Origin: Cyanophyceae cyanobacterium
Lineage (GTDB): Bacteria; Cyanobacteriota; Cyanobacteriia; Cyanobacteriales; JBHJGN01
Length of the DNA: 64,000 bases
NCBI GenBank assembly: GCA_050331735.1
Contig: JBHJGN010000020.1
Span: 1-64,000 of the forward strand
Direction: 5' to 3'
Positions 29,739 through 41,422 of this stretch are shown piece by piece. The translations under genes and the position numbers were made by a program. The notes beneath the pieces are model-generated. The model was not told where the DNA came from, searched no databases, and was given only the letters and a program-made list of their open reading frames with translations. Position 1 is the stretch's first letter. Every line of letters begins with the position of its first letter.

Positions 29739-31208
29739 TTAGCGAGCTGAAACTAGCTCCGGCTTGGACTGCGCTGCACTGCCATTGCTAGAGCTTTGTA
29801 AGCTGCTCAGGACAGCGTTGACGTTTTCCTTCGCGTCTCCGAACAGCATTTGGGTGTTTTCTTTGTAAAATAGCGGATTCGCTACCCCAGAGTAGCCACT
29901 GCCCAGGCTGCGCTTGAGCACAATCACGTTGGCCGCTTTCCACACTTCCATCACTGGCATGCCGGCAATCGGAGAGTCGGGCTCTTCTAAAGCGCTGGGA
30001 TTGACGGTATCGTTGGCTCCAATGACTAATACCACTTCGGTTTGGGGGAAATCGTCGTTGATCTCGTCCATCTCGAGCACGATGTCGTAGGGAACATTCG
30101 CCTCGGCGAGCAGCACGTTCATGTGTCCCGGCATCCGGCCCGCCACAGGGTGAATGCCGAAGCGAACCTGCGCCCCGCGATCACGCAGCTTTTTGGTAAT
30201 CTCTGAGACGGCGTGCTGAGCTTGAGCTACCGCCATGCCGTATCCGGGCACAATGATGACGCTGCTAGCATCTTGCAAGAGTTCCGCCGCTTCTTGAGCG
30301 GTGGTAGCGGTCGCCTTACCCTGAGCCTGTTTATTGACTCCAGAACCGGCTCCCTCGCCAAAGCCGCCGAGCACCACATTAGCAAAGGACCGATTCATCG
30401 CTTTACACATCACGTAGCTGAGGATTGCACCGCTACTGCCTACCAAAGCCCCGGTAATAATCAGCAGATCGTTAGAGAGCATAAATCCTGCTGCTGCCCC
30501 AGCCCAGCCGGAGTAGCAGTTGAGAATCGAGATCACTACCGGCATATCGGCCCCGCCGATGGCAAGCACGAGATGGATTCCCAGCACAGAAACAATTCCT
30601 GTCATGACTAGCAGAGGCTGAAGCCCCTCGGGATGGGAAGCAACCATAAACTGATAGCCCAGCCAAAGAGCGGCCAGCAGCATCCCGAGATTGAGCCAGT
30701 TACGAGCTGGCAGCGTTACGGGCTTACTGCTCACCAGGCCTCTTAGTTTGGCAAACGCGACGACAGAGCCAGTGAAGGTCACCGCGCCGATAAGAATGCC
30801 CACGTAGATTTCTACTTGGTGAATCGCGAGCTCTCCTCCCAACTCCGTTGGCGGAATCTGAATGTACTCAGAGAATCCAACCAGCACCGCTGCAAGGCCG
30901 ACAAAGCTGTTGAACAGACCCACCATTTCTGGGAGTCCGGTCATAGCGACGGTGGAGGCAGCGATCGCTCCAATCACCACGCCAAGCCCGATGACGGCGG
31001 CGAGCAGGCCATAACCTCCCGTGACGCCAGCACTGAGGGCTGTCGCCCCAAAAGCGACCAGCATGCCAATGATGCCATAGAGGTTTCCGCGCCGAGACGT
31101 TTCTTGGTGAGACAAGCCGCCGATGCTGAGAATGAATAGAATACTTGCTGCAATGTAGGCAACTGTCAGTAAATTGTTTGACATAGTTGATTTGTCCTGA
31201 ATGGTCAC
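29739..31208 (-). CDS. pntB: NAD(P) transhydrogenase subunit beta
   Basis: [45 protein letters not shown] and GANDTVNP. Confidence 0.97.
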   Translation of the reverse strand: MTIQDKSTMSNNLLTVAYIAASILFILSIGGLSHQETSRRGNLYGIIGMLVAFGATALSAGVTGGYGLLAAVIGLGVVIGAIAASTVAMTGLPEMVGLFNSFVGLAAVLVGFSEYIQIPPTELGGELAIHQVEIYVGILIGAVTFTGSVVAFAKLRGLVSSKPVTLPARNWLNLGMLLAALWLGYQFMVASHPEGLQPLLVMTGIVSVLGIHLVLAIGGADMPVVISILNCYSGWAGAAAGFMLSNDLLIITGALVGSSGAILSYVMCKAMNRSFANVVLGGFGEGAGSGVNKQAQGKATATTAQEAAELLQDASSVIIVPGYGMAVAQAQHAVSEITKKLRDRGAQVRFGIHPVAGRMPGHMNVLLAEANVPYDIVLEMDEINDDFPQTEVVLVIGANDTVNPSALEEPDSPIAGMPVMEVWKAANVIVLKRSLGSGYSGVANPLFYKENTQMLFGDAKENVNAVLSSLQSSSNGSAAQSKPELVSAR

Positions 31209-31259
31209 GATAAAGGTTGAGGGTGGGCGAGAACAAACCTCTCTACGCCACCGCAGCGG

Positions 31260-32870
31260 TTACTTGCGGAACATTCTCAGCATGCGTTGAGTAACGAGAA
31301 AGCCGCCAGCAATATTAATTGTTCCAAGGAGAATGGCGATCGCTCCCAGGATGGTTGTTGGAGAAGTCAGAGAGCCAGAAATCTGGAGCATACCGCCAAT
31401 GATGATGATGCCGCTAATCGCGTTCGTCACGCTCATTAACGGAGTATGCAGAGCCGGAGCGACGTTCCAGATTACCTGCCAGCCCACAAAGCAGGCCAGG
31501 ACAAATACCGTCAGATGCGATAGAAATGACGTTGGTGCATAGAGACCGATTCCCACCAGCGCCAATCCCGCTAGCAGCGGCCAAACGGCTCGACTGAGCC
31601 CTCCAGAACCCGGCTTGCTCACTTTTTGAGTCACAGGCTGAGGAGATTGAGTCTTTGGAGCGGGTTGGGAAGCCGTTTTGGGCTGCGGTGGAGGCCATTT
31701 AACCTCTCCTTCATGCAGGACTAAAGCGCCGCGAACGACTTCATCTTCTAGGTCTACCTTGTATTCCTGCGCTCCTCCCATATCTTTGAGAAGATGCCAC
31801 AGATTAGTTCCGTAAAGCTGACTCGATTGGCTCGCCATGCGGCTCGGCAAGTCTGTTAACCCTACTATAGTCACTCCCCGATAGGAGCAAATTTCTCCTG
31901 GTTTGGTGACCGCGCAGTTGCCTCCTTGTTCTGCCGCCAAATCGACTACCACCGAGCCTTCTTTCATGCTGGCAACCATTTCTTCAGTAATCAGAACCGG
32001 CGCTTTTTTGCCGGGGATCTGCGCGGTGGTAATAATAATGTCCACCTCTTGCGCCTGCTGGGCAAACAGCGCCATCTCTGCCTCAATGAACTCTTTGCTC
32101 ATTACCTTGGCATAGCCACCTGAACCGGAGCCATCTTCCTCAAATTCTAGTTCTAAAAATTGAGCTCCCAAGCTCTGGACCTGCTCTTTGACCGCTGGAC
32201 GGGTATCAAAGGCCCGCACAATGGCTCCTAATCCTCTAGCGGCTCCAACCGCAGCCAGTCCAGCCACTCCGGCTCCAATCACCAGTACTTTCGCAGGCGG
32301 CACTTTTCCGGCTGCTGTAATTTGTCCGGTAAAAAAGCGACCAAACTGATTGGCGGCTTCGATGACGGCTCGGTATCCGGCAATGTTTGCCATCGAGCTG
32401 AGAGCATCCATTTTTTGAGCGCGGCTGATGCGCGGAACGGCATCGATGGCCAGCACGGTCGCGCGGCGGGCCGCTAGCTTCTCCAGCAGTTCCTGGTTTT
32501 GAGCCGGCCAAATAAAGCTGATTAAAGTACCAGATTCAGACAATAATTCAGCTTCATGTCTGCCCACTGGATGCATCTGAGGAGGACGAACCTTCAGAAC
32601 GATATCGGCTTCTGCCCACAGAGATTGTGGACCTTCCATAATTTGACATCCTGCTTGTCGGTAAGCTTCGTCAGGAAAATTAGCAGCCACGCCTGCCCCG
32701 GCCTCAACTAACACATCAAATCCGAGCTTTTGTAGCTTTTTAGCAGTATCGGGGGTAGCAGCGACTCGCTGTTCCTGGGGATAAACTTCCTTAGGAATGC
32801 CGACTTTTTTCGGTTGTTCTGTCGGCTCCACCGCAGTCTTATCTGCTTCAGGGGAAACGGCTATAGTCAT
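31260..32870 (-). CDS. pntA: NAD(P) transhydrogenase subunit alpha
   Basis: [23 protein letters not shown] and [15 protein letters not shown]. Confidence 0.97.
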   Translation of the reverse strand: MTIAVSPEADKTAVEPTEQPKKVGIPKEVYPQEQRVAATPDTAKKLQKLGFDVLVEAGAGVAANFPDEAYRQAGCQIMEGPQSLWAEADIVLKVRPPQMHPVGRHEAELLSESGTLISFIWPAQNQELLEKLAARRATVLAIDAVPRISRAQKMDALSSMANIAGYRAVIEAANQFGRFFTGQITAAGKVPPAKVLVIGAGVAGLAAVGAARGLGAIVRAFDTRPAVKEQVQSLGAQFLELEFEEDGSGSGGYAKVMSKEFIEAEMALFAQQAQEVDIIITTAQIPGKKAPVLITEEMVASMKEGSVVVDLAAEQGGNCAVTKPGEICSYRGVTIVGLTDLPSRMASQSSQLYGTNLWHLLKDMGGAQEYKVDLEDEVVRGALVLHEGEVKWPPPQPKTASQPAPKTQSPQPVTQKVSKPGSGGLSRAVWPLLAGLALVGIGLYAPTSFLSHLTVFVLACFVGWQVIWNVAPALHTPLMSVTNAISGIIIIGGMLQISGSLTSPTTILGAIAILLGTINIAGGFLVTQRMLRMFRK

Positions 32871-33232
32871 GGACTCTCCTTTAACTGATTTAGAGTGCGA
32901 TGTACTGTTTATCTAACTCATCTATGGCGGTTTAGGCGCCAGAAGCAGTGGCTGCCCCTAAAATCTGCAAATGAGTTTTGAAGGAAATTTTTGCACGTTG
33001 ATTTATCCTAATCCGATCCCCGAATTTCACCAAATGAACTTTAACTTGTTTTATGAATTGAGCTTGCTTAAAGCAGAAAAGACATCCTCGTTTGAGGACC
33101 GCTGCCTGTGCAGCCGTTGTTGGGCGAGCAACTTTTCAGGCAGACGGTCGTCATAGTTGAGAGACTCGTCTAAATTCAGGAAATCTAGATAAACTATAAA
33201 TTTCAGTCCTCATTATTTCTACTGCTTAACCC

Positions 33233-33766
33233 ATGTTTTCTACAAAATCTCTCAGACGGATTTTATTAGCCCTTGCAACTTCCGGATGCTTGGTGGCTGG
33301 GGGCCTTGATGTTTTTGCTCAGGGGTTGCCTGGCTTGACCATTTTTAGCGGAGTTGAGCGGGAAAATATTTTGAACTACCGCCTAGATTTCGGCGGTACT
33401 CCCGGCAGTTTTGACCGCTATCGACTGCGTATTCCTGCCAAAAAGATGGTAGAGGGAGCGTCTAAATTCATCATTAGCTATCCTGAGTACTATGATGGCA
33501 AGTTCGACGTAGACAATATCGAAGTCCGCATCGACGGTGATGCTCTGCCTTTACAAGAGGTCGTTTGGGATCAAGAAAGTCAGCTTGTCGAAATTGACCT
33601 AGAAGAACCGATTACTGAATCTAGAAAGGTTGAACTTGTGTTCTCAAACGTTAAAAATCCTCGCCATGGTGGCACTTACTACTTCAACGCCGAAGTGCTA
33701 GCTGCAACTGACGTTCCGATTCGGCTTTATTTGGGAACTTGGATTGTCAGCATCGGTAGAGGCTAA
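33233..33766 (+). CDS. DUF2808 domain secreted protein
   Basis: Signal peptide; LPGLTIFSGV, DRYRLRIP, NVKNP..GGTYYFN and YLGTW. Confidence 0.8.
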   Translation: MFSTKSLRRILLALATSGCLVAGGLDVFAQGLPGLTIFSGVERENILNYRLDFGGTPGSFDRYRLRIPAKKMVEGASKFIISYPEYYDGKFDVDNIEVRIDGDALPLQEVVWDQESQLVEIDLEEPITESRKVELVFSNVKNPRHGGTYYFNAEVLAATDVPIRLYLGTWIVSIGRG

Positions 33767-33805
33767 GATACTCGTTTTTGGGCCACCGCCAAGCAAAGAT
33801 TATCC

Positions 33806-33834
33806 TTGATAAAAAATAACAAAAGATCTACAAT
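33806..33834 (+). promoter_or_regulatory. Sigma70-type promoter of the rpmH operon
   Basis: TTGATA-N17-TACAAT. Confidence 0.6.
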
Positions 33835-33880
33835 AGTAAACTTGATTCTATCAACTACAGCATTGGGGAGGATTTGATCG

Positions 33881-34018
33881 GTGACTCAGCGTACTCTTGG
33901 AGGAACCAACCGCAAGCAAAAAAGAACATCGGGATTCCGCGCTCGCATGCGAACCAAAAATGGTCGTCGGGTCATCAACGCTCGGAGGAAAAAGGGACGT
34001 CAGCGACTTAGTGTCTAG
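33881..34018 (+). CDS. rpmH: 50S ribosomal protein L34 (absent from the ORF track)
   Basis: GTG start after [50 protein letters not shown]. Confidence 0.97.
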   Translation: MTQRTLGGTNRKQKRTSGFRARMRTKNGRRVINARRKKGRQRLSV

Positions 34019-34098
34019 AGGAAGTCAGGAGCCCGGTAGTCTGCCATTCCCTCAATTGAGGAAATAACTCCTAAAAGCATTCAGACAGCTTAAGTAGT

Positions 34099-34452
34099 GT
34101 GGGATTGCCTCCATCAAATCGACTCAGAAAGCGGCAAGATTTTAGAAGGGTGTACCAGCACGGAATTTGTTTGCATAGTTCCCACTTAATTCTGCGGGCG
34201 CTAGCGTCCTCCCAACTCTCATCTCCTCTCATCGGTATCTCGATTAGTCAAAAGGTGAGCAAAAAAGCCGTTATTCGTAATCGCCTCAAGCGACAGATTC
34301 GAGGTGTATTTAGAGACCTGCTTCCGCTGCTGTCCCCTGACTGGAAAATTGTTGTTGTTGTGAAACCCAAGGCGATAGAGTGCAGATACGAGGATTTTTT
34401 GAGAGAATTAAAACAGTTGTTGGTTAAAGCCAAAATTATTAATGGGTATTAA
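34099..34452 (+). CDS. rnpA: Ribonuclease P protein component
   Basis: NRLRKRQDF and ISQKVSKKAVIRNRLKR; position after rpmH. Confidence 0.95.
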   Translation: MGLPPSNRLRKRQDFRRVYQHGICLHSSHLILRALASSQLSSPLIGISISQKVSKKAVIRNRLKRQIRGVFRDLLPLLSPDWKIVVVVKPKAIECRYEDFLRELKQLLVKAKIINGY

Positions 34453-34834
34453 AGAAGACACTTTTTATGAGGGCGGTCCTCACATTGGCGATCTCATCGT
34501 CAACTTATTGCTGGGATTGACAGTGATCTGTTTGCCGCTCACGGTAGGAGCAATTGTCAGAGCTATTTGGTTACGCTACCGCATCACCAATCGTCGCGTT
34601 TCGATCACCGGAGGATGGAGAGGGCAACAGCGGACCGATATTATCTATTCAGAAATCGTCAAAATGGCAAAAGTTCCTAGAGGAATCGGATTGTGGGGCG
34701 ACGTTGTTTTAACCCTCAGAGATAAAAGTCGCTTAGAGATGCGAGCTTTACCGGATTTTCGGGAAATCTACGATTACATGGCTCACAGAGCCGCCGAAAA
34801 AACAGGCAAGTCAGTCGATGCGATCGCCGGATAG
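34442..34834 (+). CDS. Bacterial PH-domain membrane protein
   Basis: FYEGGPHIGDL and WLRYRITNRR; position between rnpA and yidC. Confidence 0.85.
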   Translation: MGIKEDTFYEGGPHIGDLIVNLLLGLTVICLPLTVGAIVRAIWLRYRITNRRVSITGGWRGQQRTDIIYSEIVKMAKVPRGIGLWGDVVLTLRDKSRLEMRALPDFREIYDYMAHRAAEKTGKSVDAIAG

Positions 34835-34997
34835 GGTCAATTTTGGCAATCGCTAGCCAATCCGTGGTAGCCTACCAACGGGTTCTTTCTTTAGAATAGA
34901 GGTGAGCTTATGAAAACCATCGGCGCTCGCCTCTTGGCAGTCTATGAAATAGATTACATTAAAAATATATACCGCGTCGAGGCTTGACGACAGACGA

Positions 34998-36137
34998 ATG
35001 GATTTTGGTATTGGATTTATTTCCACGAATATCATGCTGCCAATCCTGGATTTTTTCTACGGGATTGTGCCCAGCTATGGATTTGCGATTATTGCTCTTA
35101 CTTTGGTAATTCGCTTAGCTCTGTTTCCACTCAGTGCCGGACAAATCCGCAACATGCGCAAGATGAGGATTACGCAGCCGCTGATGAAGCAGCGTCAAGA
35201 GGAAATTCAAAAGCGCTACAAAGACGATCCGCAAAAGCAGCAGGAAGAAATGGCGAAGCTGATGCAGGAGTTTGGCAACCCCCTGGCGGGTTGTTTGCCG
35301 TTACTGCTGCAAATGCCCATTTTGTTTGCTCTGTTTGCGACTCTCCGGGGGTCGCCGTTTTCTGACATTAACTACACCGTCAATGTAGAAAATTTTCCCA
35401 AAGAGCAAATCGAGCGGATTCAACCCCAGATCTATACCACCAAACCTCAAAACCTTTACGTCGATGAAGGCGTTCACTACCCGATTGAGGCTGTTCTGCC
35501 AGCAGGCAACAAGCTAGCCGTGGGGGAAACCACCAAGATTGAGATCCAAACTGTGGATGGCAAGCCCATTGACCAGCTAGCGAAACTGCCAGAGCGGATT
35601 CAGCCATCGTGGGAAGTCACGAAAGGAGCCGAGCGCCTACAGGTCAACGACAAAAGCGTGATCGAGGCTTTAGCGCCGGGAGAAGCGACTCTTCAAGGAA
35701 CGGTTCCAGGAATTGCGGCGGATGAAGGGTTCTTGTTTATCCAAGCCTTAGGGCGCGTCGGAGTCACAGGGGAAGACGGCACGATTCACTGGGACATCCT
35801 TGGCATGGTGCTGTTCTTCGGCTTAAGTATTTACCTCAACCAGGAACTGTCCGGACAGCAAGCCGGAGGAGCCAGTGGCGGTCAGCAGCAAACAGTGAAT
35901 AAAATTACTCCTCTGCTGTTCAGCGCCATGTTTCTCTTTTTCCCACTGCCGGCAGGAGTACTGATGTACATCGTTCTCGCCAATGTTTTTCAAACCGTTC
36001 AAACGTTGATTCTGATGCGCGAACCGCTTCCCGAAAATCTGCAAAAGCTAGTAGAGCAGCAGGAAAAGGCCGAAAAAGAACGAAAAGCCCTGCCGTTTGA
36101 AAAGCGCTCTAAGAAGAAAGAAAAAACGTCAGGATAA
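34998..36137 (+). CDS. yidC: Membrane protein insertase YidC
   Basis: [34 protein letters not shown] and PAGVLMY. Confidence 0.96.
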   Translation: MDFGIGFISTNIMLPILDFFYGIVPSYGFAIIALTLVIRLALFPLSAGQIRNMRKMRITQPLMKQRQEEIQKRYKDDPQKQQEEMAKLMQEFGNPLAGCLPLLLQMPILFALFATLRGSPFSDINYTVNVENFPKEQIERIQPQIYTTKPQNLYVDEGVHYPIEAVLPAGNKLAVGETTKIEIQTVDGKPIDQLAKLPERIQPSWEVTKGAERLQVNDKSVIEALAPGEATLQGTVPGIAADEGFLFIQALGRVGVTGEDGTIHWDILGMVLFFGLSIYLNQELSGQQAGGASGGQQQTVNKITPLLFSAMFLFFPLPAGVLMYIVLANVFQTVQTLILMREPLPENLQKLVEQQEKAEKERKALPFEKRSKKKEKTSG

Positions 36138-36142
36138 TAGAG

Positions 36143-36619
36143 ATGGAAGACCAGCATACTGGAAGGCTTTGGCTCGAACACCTGTTAAAGTTTATGGGAA
36201 CTCCAGCAGGAGTCAAGGTTGAGCGGCAACTAAACCAAGAGGACTGGTTAGTGATTGACGAAGCTGACCTCACGCCGGAACAGACTACAGCCTTAATCGG
36301 GGAGAAAGGCGAAACGATTGATGCTATTCAGTATCTAGCTAGCACGATCTTGAACTTGAGTAAAGATTCTCAGTCTCAACAGACCTATACCATTGAGTTA
36401 GGAGAGTATCGCATCCGGCGACAGGAGGAACTCATGACTCTGGCTCAAGAGGTGGCTCAGCAGGTCCGCGAAACCGGTCAAGAAACCGAACTGCGCTCTC
36501 TTTCTTCAGCAGAACGGCGACAGATTCATACTTACCTGAAAGAAGCAGAAGGGATTAAAACCGAAAGTCGCGGTCAAGAACCCGATCGACGACTCGTTGT
36601 TATGCTTAGCGAAGAGTAA
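36143..36619 (+). CDS. jag: Jag/KhpB-like KH-R3H RNA-binding protein
   Basis: LIGEKGETIDAIQYL, ERRQIH and SRGQEPDRRLVV. Confidence 0.88.
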   Translation: MEDQHTGRLWLEHLLKFMGTPAGVKVERQLNQEDWLVIDEADLTPEQTTALIGEKGETIDAIQYLASTILNLSKDSQSQQTYTIELGEYRIRRQEELMTLAQEVAQQVRETGQETELRSLSSAERRQIHTYLKEAEGIKTESRGQEPDRRLVVMLSEE

Positions 36620-36640
36620 ACTCACTGTGCAGGAGGATAC

Positions 36641-37138
36641 GTGGAAGCTATATATATTCCTCGGCTGCTCAAAGCCCCCGAAAAAACCGAAGAGATTCCG
36701 GTCCAGGAATTCATTGCTGGATTAGAAACTCTGACTCCCATTCGTGGAAAAATGATCGTTAACCACGGAGGTAGCTACTTAGAGGTGGCGGCTAGCGCCG
36801 AAACGATTGTCACCCTAATGTGCGATCGCTGTTTGCAGCAGTACAATCATCGGCTTAGCCTTGATACCTCAGAGCTCATTTGGCTAGACAAAACCTCAGA
36901 GCTAACCAATAGCGTACCGAGCGTTCAAGAATCTCTGGAAGATTTATCAGAATCTCTCCCTCCTCACGGTTACTTTCAGCCCGAGCCATGGCTTTATGAA
37001 CAGCTTTCCTTAGCCATGCCCTTACGGCGATTGTGCAACAAGAACTGCCAACCGCCTGCTTCTGCCTCAGAGCAAAAACCCTCAGTCGATAGCCGCTGGG
37101 CAACCCTGGCTGTCCTCAAAAATCAACTTCCTCAGTAG
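36641..37138 (+). CDS. YceD/DUF177 family protein
   Basis: CDRCL, EQLSLAMP..LC...C and DSRWATL. Confidence 0.9.
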   Translation: MEAIYIPRLLKAPEKTEEIPVQEFIAGLETLTPIRGKMIVNHGGSYLEVAASAETIVTLMCDRCLQQYNHRLSLDTSELIWLDKTSELTNSVPSVQESLEDLSESLPPHGYFQPEPWLYEQLSLAMPLRRLCNKNCQPPASASEQKPSVDSRWATLAVLKNQLPQ

Positions 37139-37178
37139 CCAACTGGTTGATGAGCGACTCGCTAGGTGGGAATTAAAC

Positions 37179-38687
37179 ATGAGCTTTAGTGAAGAATTTA
37201 CGTTACTGCTGAGAGCTTGCTACCCTCTGCTGTATATTCCGACGCCGGAAGAGGAAAGAGTCGAAGCCGCCATCTCCACCTGCGCCAAGCAGATTGGCCG
37301 TGCTACCTACATCTGGGATTTTGTGGATGGCTACCAAGATAACCCCAATAACTCTGGTTTTGGACGGCGCAACCCACTCCAGGCTCTAGAATTGGTCGAG
37401 AAGCTCGCTTCTAATGCCAGCGGAGTATTTATTCTAAGGGATTTTCACCGTTTTTTAGAGGATATTTCCATTGCCCGTAAGCTGCGCAACCTGTCGAGAA
37501 CTTTAAAGTCGCAGCCGAAAAACATTGTGCTTGTCTCTGCCGAACTCGCCATTCCGAGCGAGCTAGCGGAAGTGCTAACGGTGGTTGATTTTCCGCTCCC
37601 GACTGCGGCAGAAATTAAATCTGAAACTCAGCGTCTCCTCGCTTCAACCGGTCAGTCGCTGTCTAAGCAACTCCTCGATGAATTGGTGCGTTCTGCTCGC
37701 GGTCTTTCTTTGGAGCGTATTCGTCGGGTGCTAACTCTGTGTCTTGCCAGCCACGGCAGCATTGAGTCAGAAGACGTCGAGCTAATTCTAGAAGAAAAGC
37801 GGCAGTCGATTCGTCAGACGCAAATCTTGGATTTCTATCCAGCTACCGAGCAAATTTCTGATATTGGTGGCTTGGATAACCTCAAAGACTGGCTGCTGAA
37901 ACGTGGGGGAGCCTTTAGCGAACGAGCGAGAGCCTATGGTCTGCCTCATCCGCGCGGTCTTCTGCTGGTGGGTATTCAAGGAACAGGAAAATCGTTAACG
38001 GCAAAAGCGATCGCCCATCACTGGCATCTTCCCCTCCTGCGTTTGGACGTGGGTCGTTTGTTTGGAGGCTTAGTGGGGGAATCAGAATCCCGTACCCGAC
38101 AGATGATCGGCTTAGCCGAGGCCCTTGCTCCCTGCGTTCTCTGGATCGACGAAATCGATAAAGCGTTTTCTGGAGCAGAAGGAAGAGGAGACAGCGGCAC
38201 AACGAGTCGTGTTTTCGGCACGTTTATTACCTGGCTAGCCGAAAAAAAATCCTCGGTTTTCGTTGTGGCAACCGCCAACAATATTCAGGCATTGCCTCCA
38301 GAAATGCTGCGGAAAGGGCGCTTTGACGAGATCTTTTTTGTCGGTTTACCGACGCAAGCAGAACGAGCCGACATTTTTACGGTCCACCTGTCGAGATTAC
38401 GCCCTACCACTCTCAAAAACTACGACATCGATCGTTTAGCCTATGAAACACCGGATTTTTCTGGTGCGGAAATTGAGCAAACACTCGTTGAAGCCATGCA
38501 CATTGGGTTTAGCCAAGATCGAGATTTTACGACCGAAGACGTTTTAGAAGCGGCGAGCCAAATTGTGCCTCTAGCGCGCACCGCTCAAGAACAGATTCAG
38601 TTTCTTCAAAGTTGGGCGGCGGCAGGAAAAGCACGACTGGCATCGAGAAATCAGTTAAGTAGCCGCATGCAGCGGCAGATACAGTAG
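37179..38687 (+). CDS. ycf46: Ycf46-type AAA ATPase
   Basis: [26 protein letters not shown] and [11 protein letters not shown]. Confidence 0.9.
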   Translation: MSFSEEFTLLLRACYPLLYIPTPEEERVEAAISTCAKQIGRATYIWDFVDGYQDNPNNSGFGRRNPLQALELVEKLASNASGVFILRDFHRFLEDISIARKLRNLSRTLKSQPKNIVLVSAELAIPSELAEVLTVVDFPLPTAAEIKSETQRLLASTGQSLSKQLLDELVRSARGLSLERIRRVLTLCLASHGSIESEDVELILEEKRQSIRQTQILDFYPATEQISDIGGLDNLKDWLLKRGGAFSERARAYGLPHPRGLLLVGIQGTGKSLTAKAIAHHWHLPLLRLDVGRLFGGLVGESESRTRQMIGLAEALAPCVLWIDEIDKAFSGAEGRGDSGTTSRVFGTFITWLAEKKSSVFVVATANNIQALPPEMLRKGRFDEIFFVGLPTQAERADIFTVHLSRLRPTTLKNYDIDRLAYETPDFSGAEIEQTLVEAMHIGFSQDRDFTTEDVLEAASQIVPLARTAQEQIQFLQSWAAAGKARLASRNQLSSRMQRQIQ

Positions 38688-38700
38688 CTTTATTCTCTAT

Positions 38701-39183
38701 ATGTCACTGGTCATGAGAGCAAGCTTAATTCAATTTCTGCTGGGTTTTGTGTTTGGAGTCGTTCTGTTAGCGGGCGGAGCCGCAGGCACTGTGTATTTGT
38801 TTGTCAACCGCTTAGCAGAGGCTCCTCCCAAACCAGTTTTTCCAGAAGAGACAGCGGCTGAAGAGAATGAGCCTCCACCAGAGACAGCGGTGGCGTCAAC
38901 CAGTATCGAGCCAGAGGCGCTCGGCGAATCAGCACCGCCTGAACCGACTGAAGAGGAATTGCCATCTGGAGCCTACAGAGCACGAGTAACCTGGGGCCAG
39001 GGACTGAGCCTGCGCGCGGAACCGAATCCAGAGGCTGAACGAGTGGGCGGCATTGGCTACAACAGCGAAATTACCATTCTGAACAACAGCGAAGACCAAA
39101 ACTGGCAGTACGTCCGCATTCCCAGTAGCGGGCAAGAAGGCTGGATTAAAGCAGGTAATGTCGAAAGAATAGACGCGCAGTAG
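38701..39183 (+). CDS. Membrane-anchored bacterial SH3 domain protein
   Basis: N-terminal TM segment; GLSLRAEP...WQYVR....EGWIKAGN. Confidence 0.85.
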   Translation: MSLVMRASLIQFLLGFVFGVVLLAGGAAGTVYLFVNRLAEAPPKPVFPEETAAEENEPPPETAVASTSIEPEALGESAPPEPTEEELPSGAYRARVTWGQGLSLRAEPNPEAERVGGIGYNSEITILNNSEDQNWQYVRIPSSGQEGWIKAGNVERIDAQ

Positions 39184-39567
39184 CCTGAGCGAACTGGCAA
39201 AAGATTCATTTTTTTACTCGCTGACGCTGGGTCAAACAGCTCTCGACAATCACCCTTTAAAACCAGCGCCCGCTGTTTGAGGGAGTCACGAGAACGCTTC
39301 CGTGGAATTCAAAATTCGAGGCAAAAGTAAAGGAGGTTGACAAATCATTAGCGATTTGTCCAAGAACCGCTTATAGTGTAATCAACTTTGACCGCTTAAG
39401 CGATCGCGGTAGTCAACAGATAAAAACAGAGAATCAGCTCGAAAGCTATTCCGGCAAAAAGGCTTACTTTTGACTCTCGACTACTGCCATAGAGAATGCT
39501 TAAAACGACTCTCAATGACCTATGTACTTGAGACGATTTCACGCATAAGTTTGCTTGGAGCAGAAAG

Positions 39568-40794
39568 ATGGTCTCACGACTACTCAACTTAGCAGTCCTC
39601 GCGACAGTCGCGATAGCTAAAATCGCTGCCTGTCGCTCAGCACAGGCAGTCACTTTTGACGAACAAGAGGTCGATCAGAATCAGTTTATTGCTGTCGCTA
39701 CTCCAGTCGGCGACAATCAGTACGACCTCCTCGTTATCGAGCAGATTCCTGGTCAACAGCAGTGCTGGAGCGAGAGTGGAACTAAACCAGTGTTAGTGGA
39801 GCCGCTGCTACTTAACTTTGATTTCAGCGAAAGCTGTCGGCGCAGTACCGACAGTAATGGTTACTCGCTTCGCCTTGATGGGAAGGATTACGGCTTAGAG
39901 TATCTGCTGAGAGTGACAGAGCGCGATGGCGAGCTTTATCTAGTCGGCACTCCTCTGACTAATCGCCGACAGCCCGAAATTGTCGTCGGCAGAACCTACG
40001 GGATCAGTGATGGCCTGACTAAAATTTATCTTAACTCTGGCTGGAAATTCACTAGACGAGTTTATCAGGGGCAAGCACTCGGTCACGTTTATTTCACAAG
40101 CGATCGCGCTACAATTGCGGACGCTTCAATGACTAAGCCGGATCGAAGTGCCTCCGATAGCAGAGAACTGGAGTTTACCGCCTCCTCCCAGCGCCCAGTG
40201 GCGGCTCAGCCGCCACCGAGTCCGGCTAATGGAGAGGGGATTCCCATTACGGTTCCTCCTCCAGAAGCTCAACTCCCCTCAGCAACCGCTCCTTCATCGC
40301 GGCCTCTTTCGGGCAGTCCGTTGCCCCCACCGCCTGACCCACAGCCGTTATCTACTGCCTCTGATGCGGACTCACCTCTAGAGCCACCAGAAGTGGAACG
40401 CGTCGTCGTTCCCGTTCCCGCCTCTGCACCGTCGCCTGCTCCGGCAAACAGCGTTTCTAGTCCGTCCAGAAGAAGTTTATCAGATATCCTTCGGGTGGCT
40501 CCTCGCGCTGATGACGGCTCTGGTGAACTAAGGGTGAGTAAGCTACCTGTCCCCCACCCTCCCCCCAATTCTTCTCAGTCTAACCCTGCCTCGTCAGGAA
40601 CCTTTAAAGTGTTAGTCTCCGCCTCAAGTTCTCAGGCTCCCAAAGTGCGATCGCTTTATCCGGATGCTTTTTCGACGACTCACAACGGTCAAGCAATGAT
40701 ACAGGTTGGTGTTTTTAGCAGCCGAGACCGTGTGAATGTGGTGCTGCAATCTTTAGATGAGCTGGGGCTAACGGGCCTGGTTCTTGCTCAATGA
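39568..40794 (+). CDS. DUF3747 domain protein with Pro-rich linker and SPOR-like C-terminus
   Basis: LLVIEQIPGQQQCWSE, DF...CRRSTDSNGYS and C-terminal YPDAF...IQVGVF. Confidence 0.8.
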   Translation: MVSRLLNLAVLATVAIAKIAACRSAQAVTFDEQEVDQNQFIAVATPVGDNQYDLLVIEQIPGQQQCWSESGTKPVLVEPLLLNFDFSESCRRSTDSNGYSLRLDGKDYGLEYLLRVTERDGELYLVGTPLTNRRQPEIVVGRTYGISDGLTKIYLNSGWKFTRRVYQGQALGHVYFTSDRATIADASMTKPDRSASDSRELEFTASSQRPVAAQPPPSPANGEGIPITVPPPEAQLPSATAPSSRPLSGSPLPPPPDPQPLSTASDADSPLEPPEVERVVVPVPASAPSPAPANSVSSPSRRSLSDILRVAPRADDGSGELRVSKLPVPHPPPNSSQSNPASSGTFKVLVSASSSQAPKVRSLYPDAFSTTHNGQAMIQVGVFSSRDRVNVVLQSLDELGLTGLVLAQ

Positions 40795-40954
40795 GCTGGA
40801 TTTTCGTCCCTATCCGTGTTTTGGGATCCGGTGATGTCGAGCCTTCGAAAATGCACTGATGCTTCGCCAAACAATGAAAAATAGACAGGAAAGCTAGTTT
40901 TTCACAAAGAGGCCCTGTGTTCTTCACTAACACAACTCTTCCCCGCATCTTTTA

Positions 40955-41422
40955 GGAATACGAGATTTTGATCAAGCTCAGTTGGAGAAAGCTTAATTAG
41001 ACCGGGCCAATCTCAGCCAGTCGATGCTCCTGAAAGCAAATCTAAACAGAGCCAATCTGAGACACGCTAATCTGGCGGAAGTTAATCTTTATCAGGCGAA
41101 TCTCATGAAAGCGAATCTGCAACAAGCAATCCTCAACGGCACCATTCTTAACTAAGCCAATCTGCATCGGGCAAATCTGTATCGAGGGAGCTTAATTAGA
41201 GCGGATTTATGTGACGCTAACCTTAAAGGTGCGATTCTGAACCATGCTCATCTCGGAAAAGCCAATCTTCGCAGAGCGAATCTTAACCAAGCTTGCCTAA
41301 GCTGGGCTAATCTTAGAGACGCTGATTTGAGCGGCGCTTAGCTAGAAAAGGCTAATTTGAGCGGCGCTAAGTTTTGTCGAACCATCATGCCGGACGGTAG
41401 CGTTAGAAACGATCACTGTTAA
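40955..41422 (+). pseudogene. Pentapeptide repeat protein pseudogene
   Basis: A single frame reads GIRDFDQAQLEKA*LDRANL...ILN*ANL...LSGA*LEKANLSGAKFCRTIMPDGSVRNDHC*. Stops are at 40994, 41153 and 41339; there is no clean start. Confidence 0.85.

Noticed and set aside
34099..36137. Absence of yidD between rnpA and yidC
   Set aside because: The rnpA-PH-yidC order is the usual cyanobacterial arrangement.
40955..41422. Alternative genetic code (TAA/TAG as Gln)
   Set aside because: TAA and TAG terminate conserved genes at their expected ends throughout the window (e.g. rpsG, tuf, rpmH).
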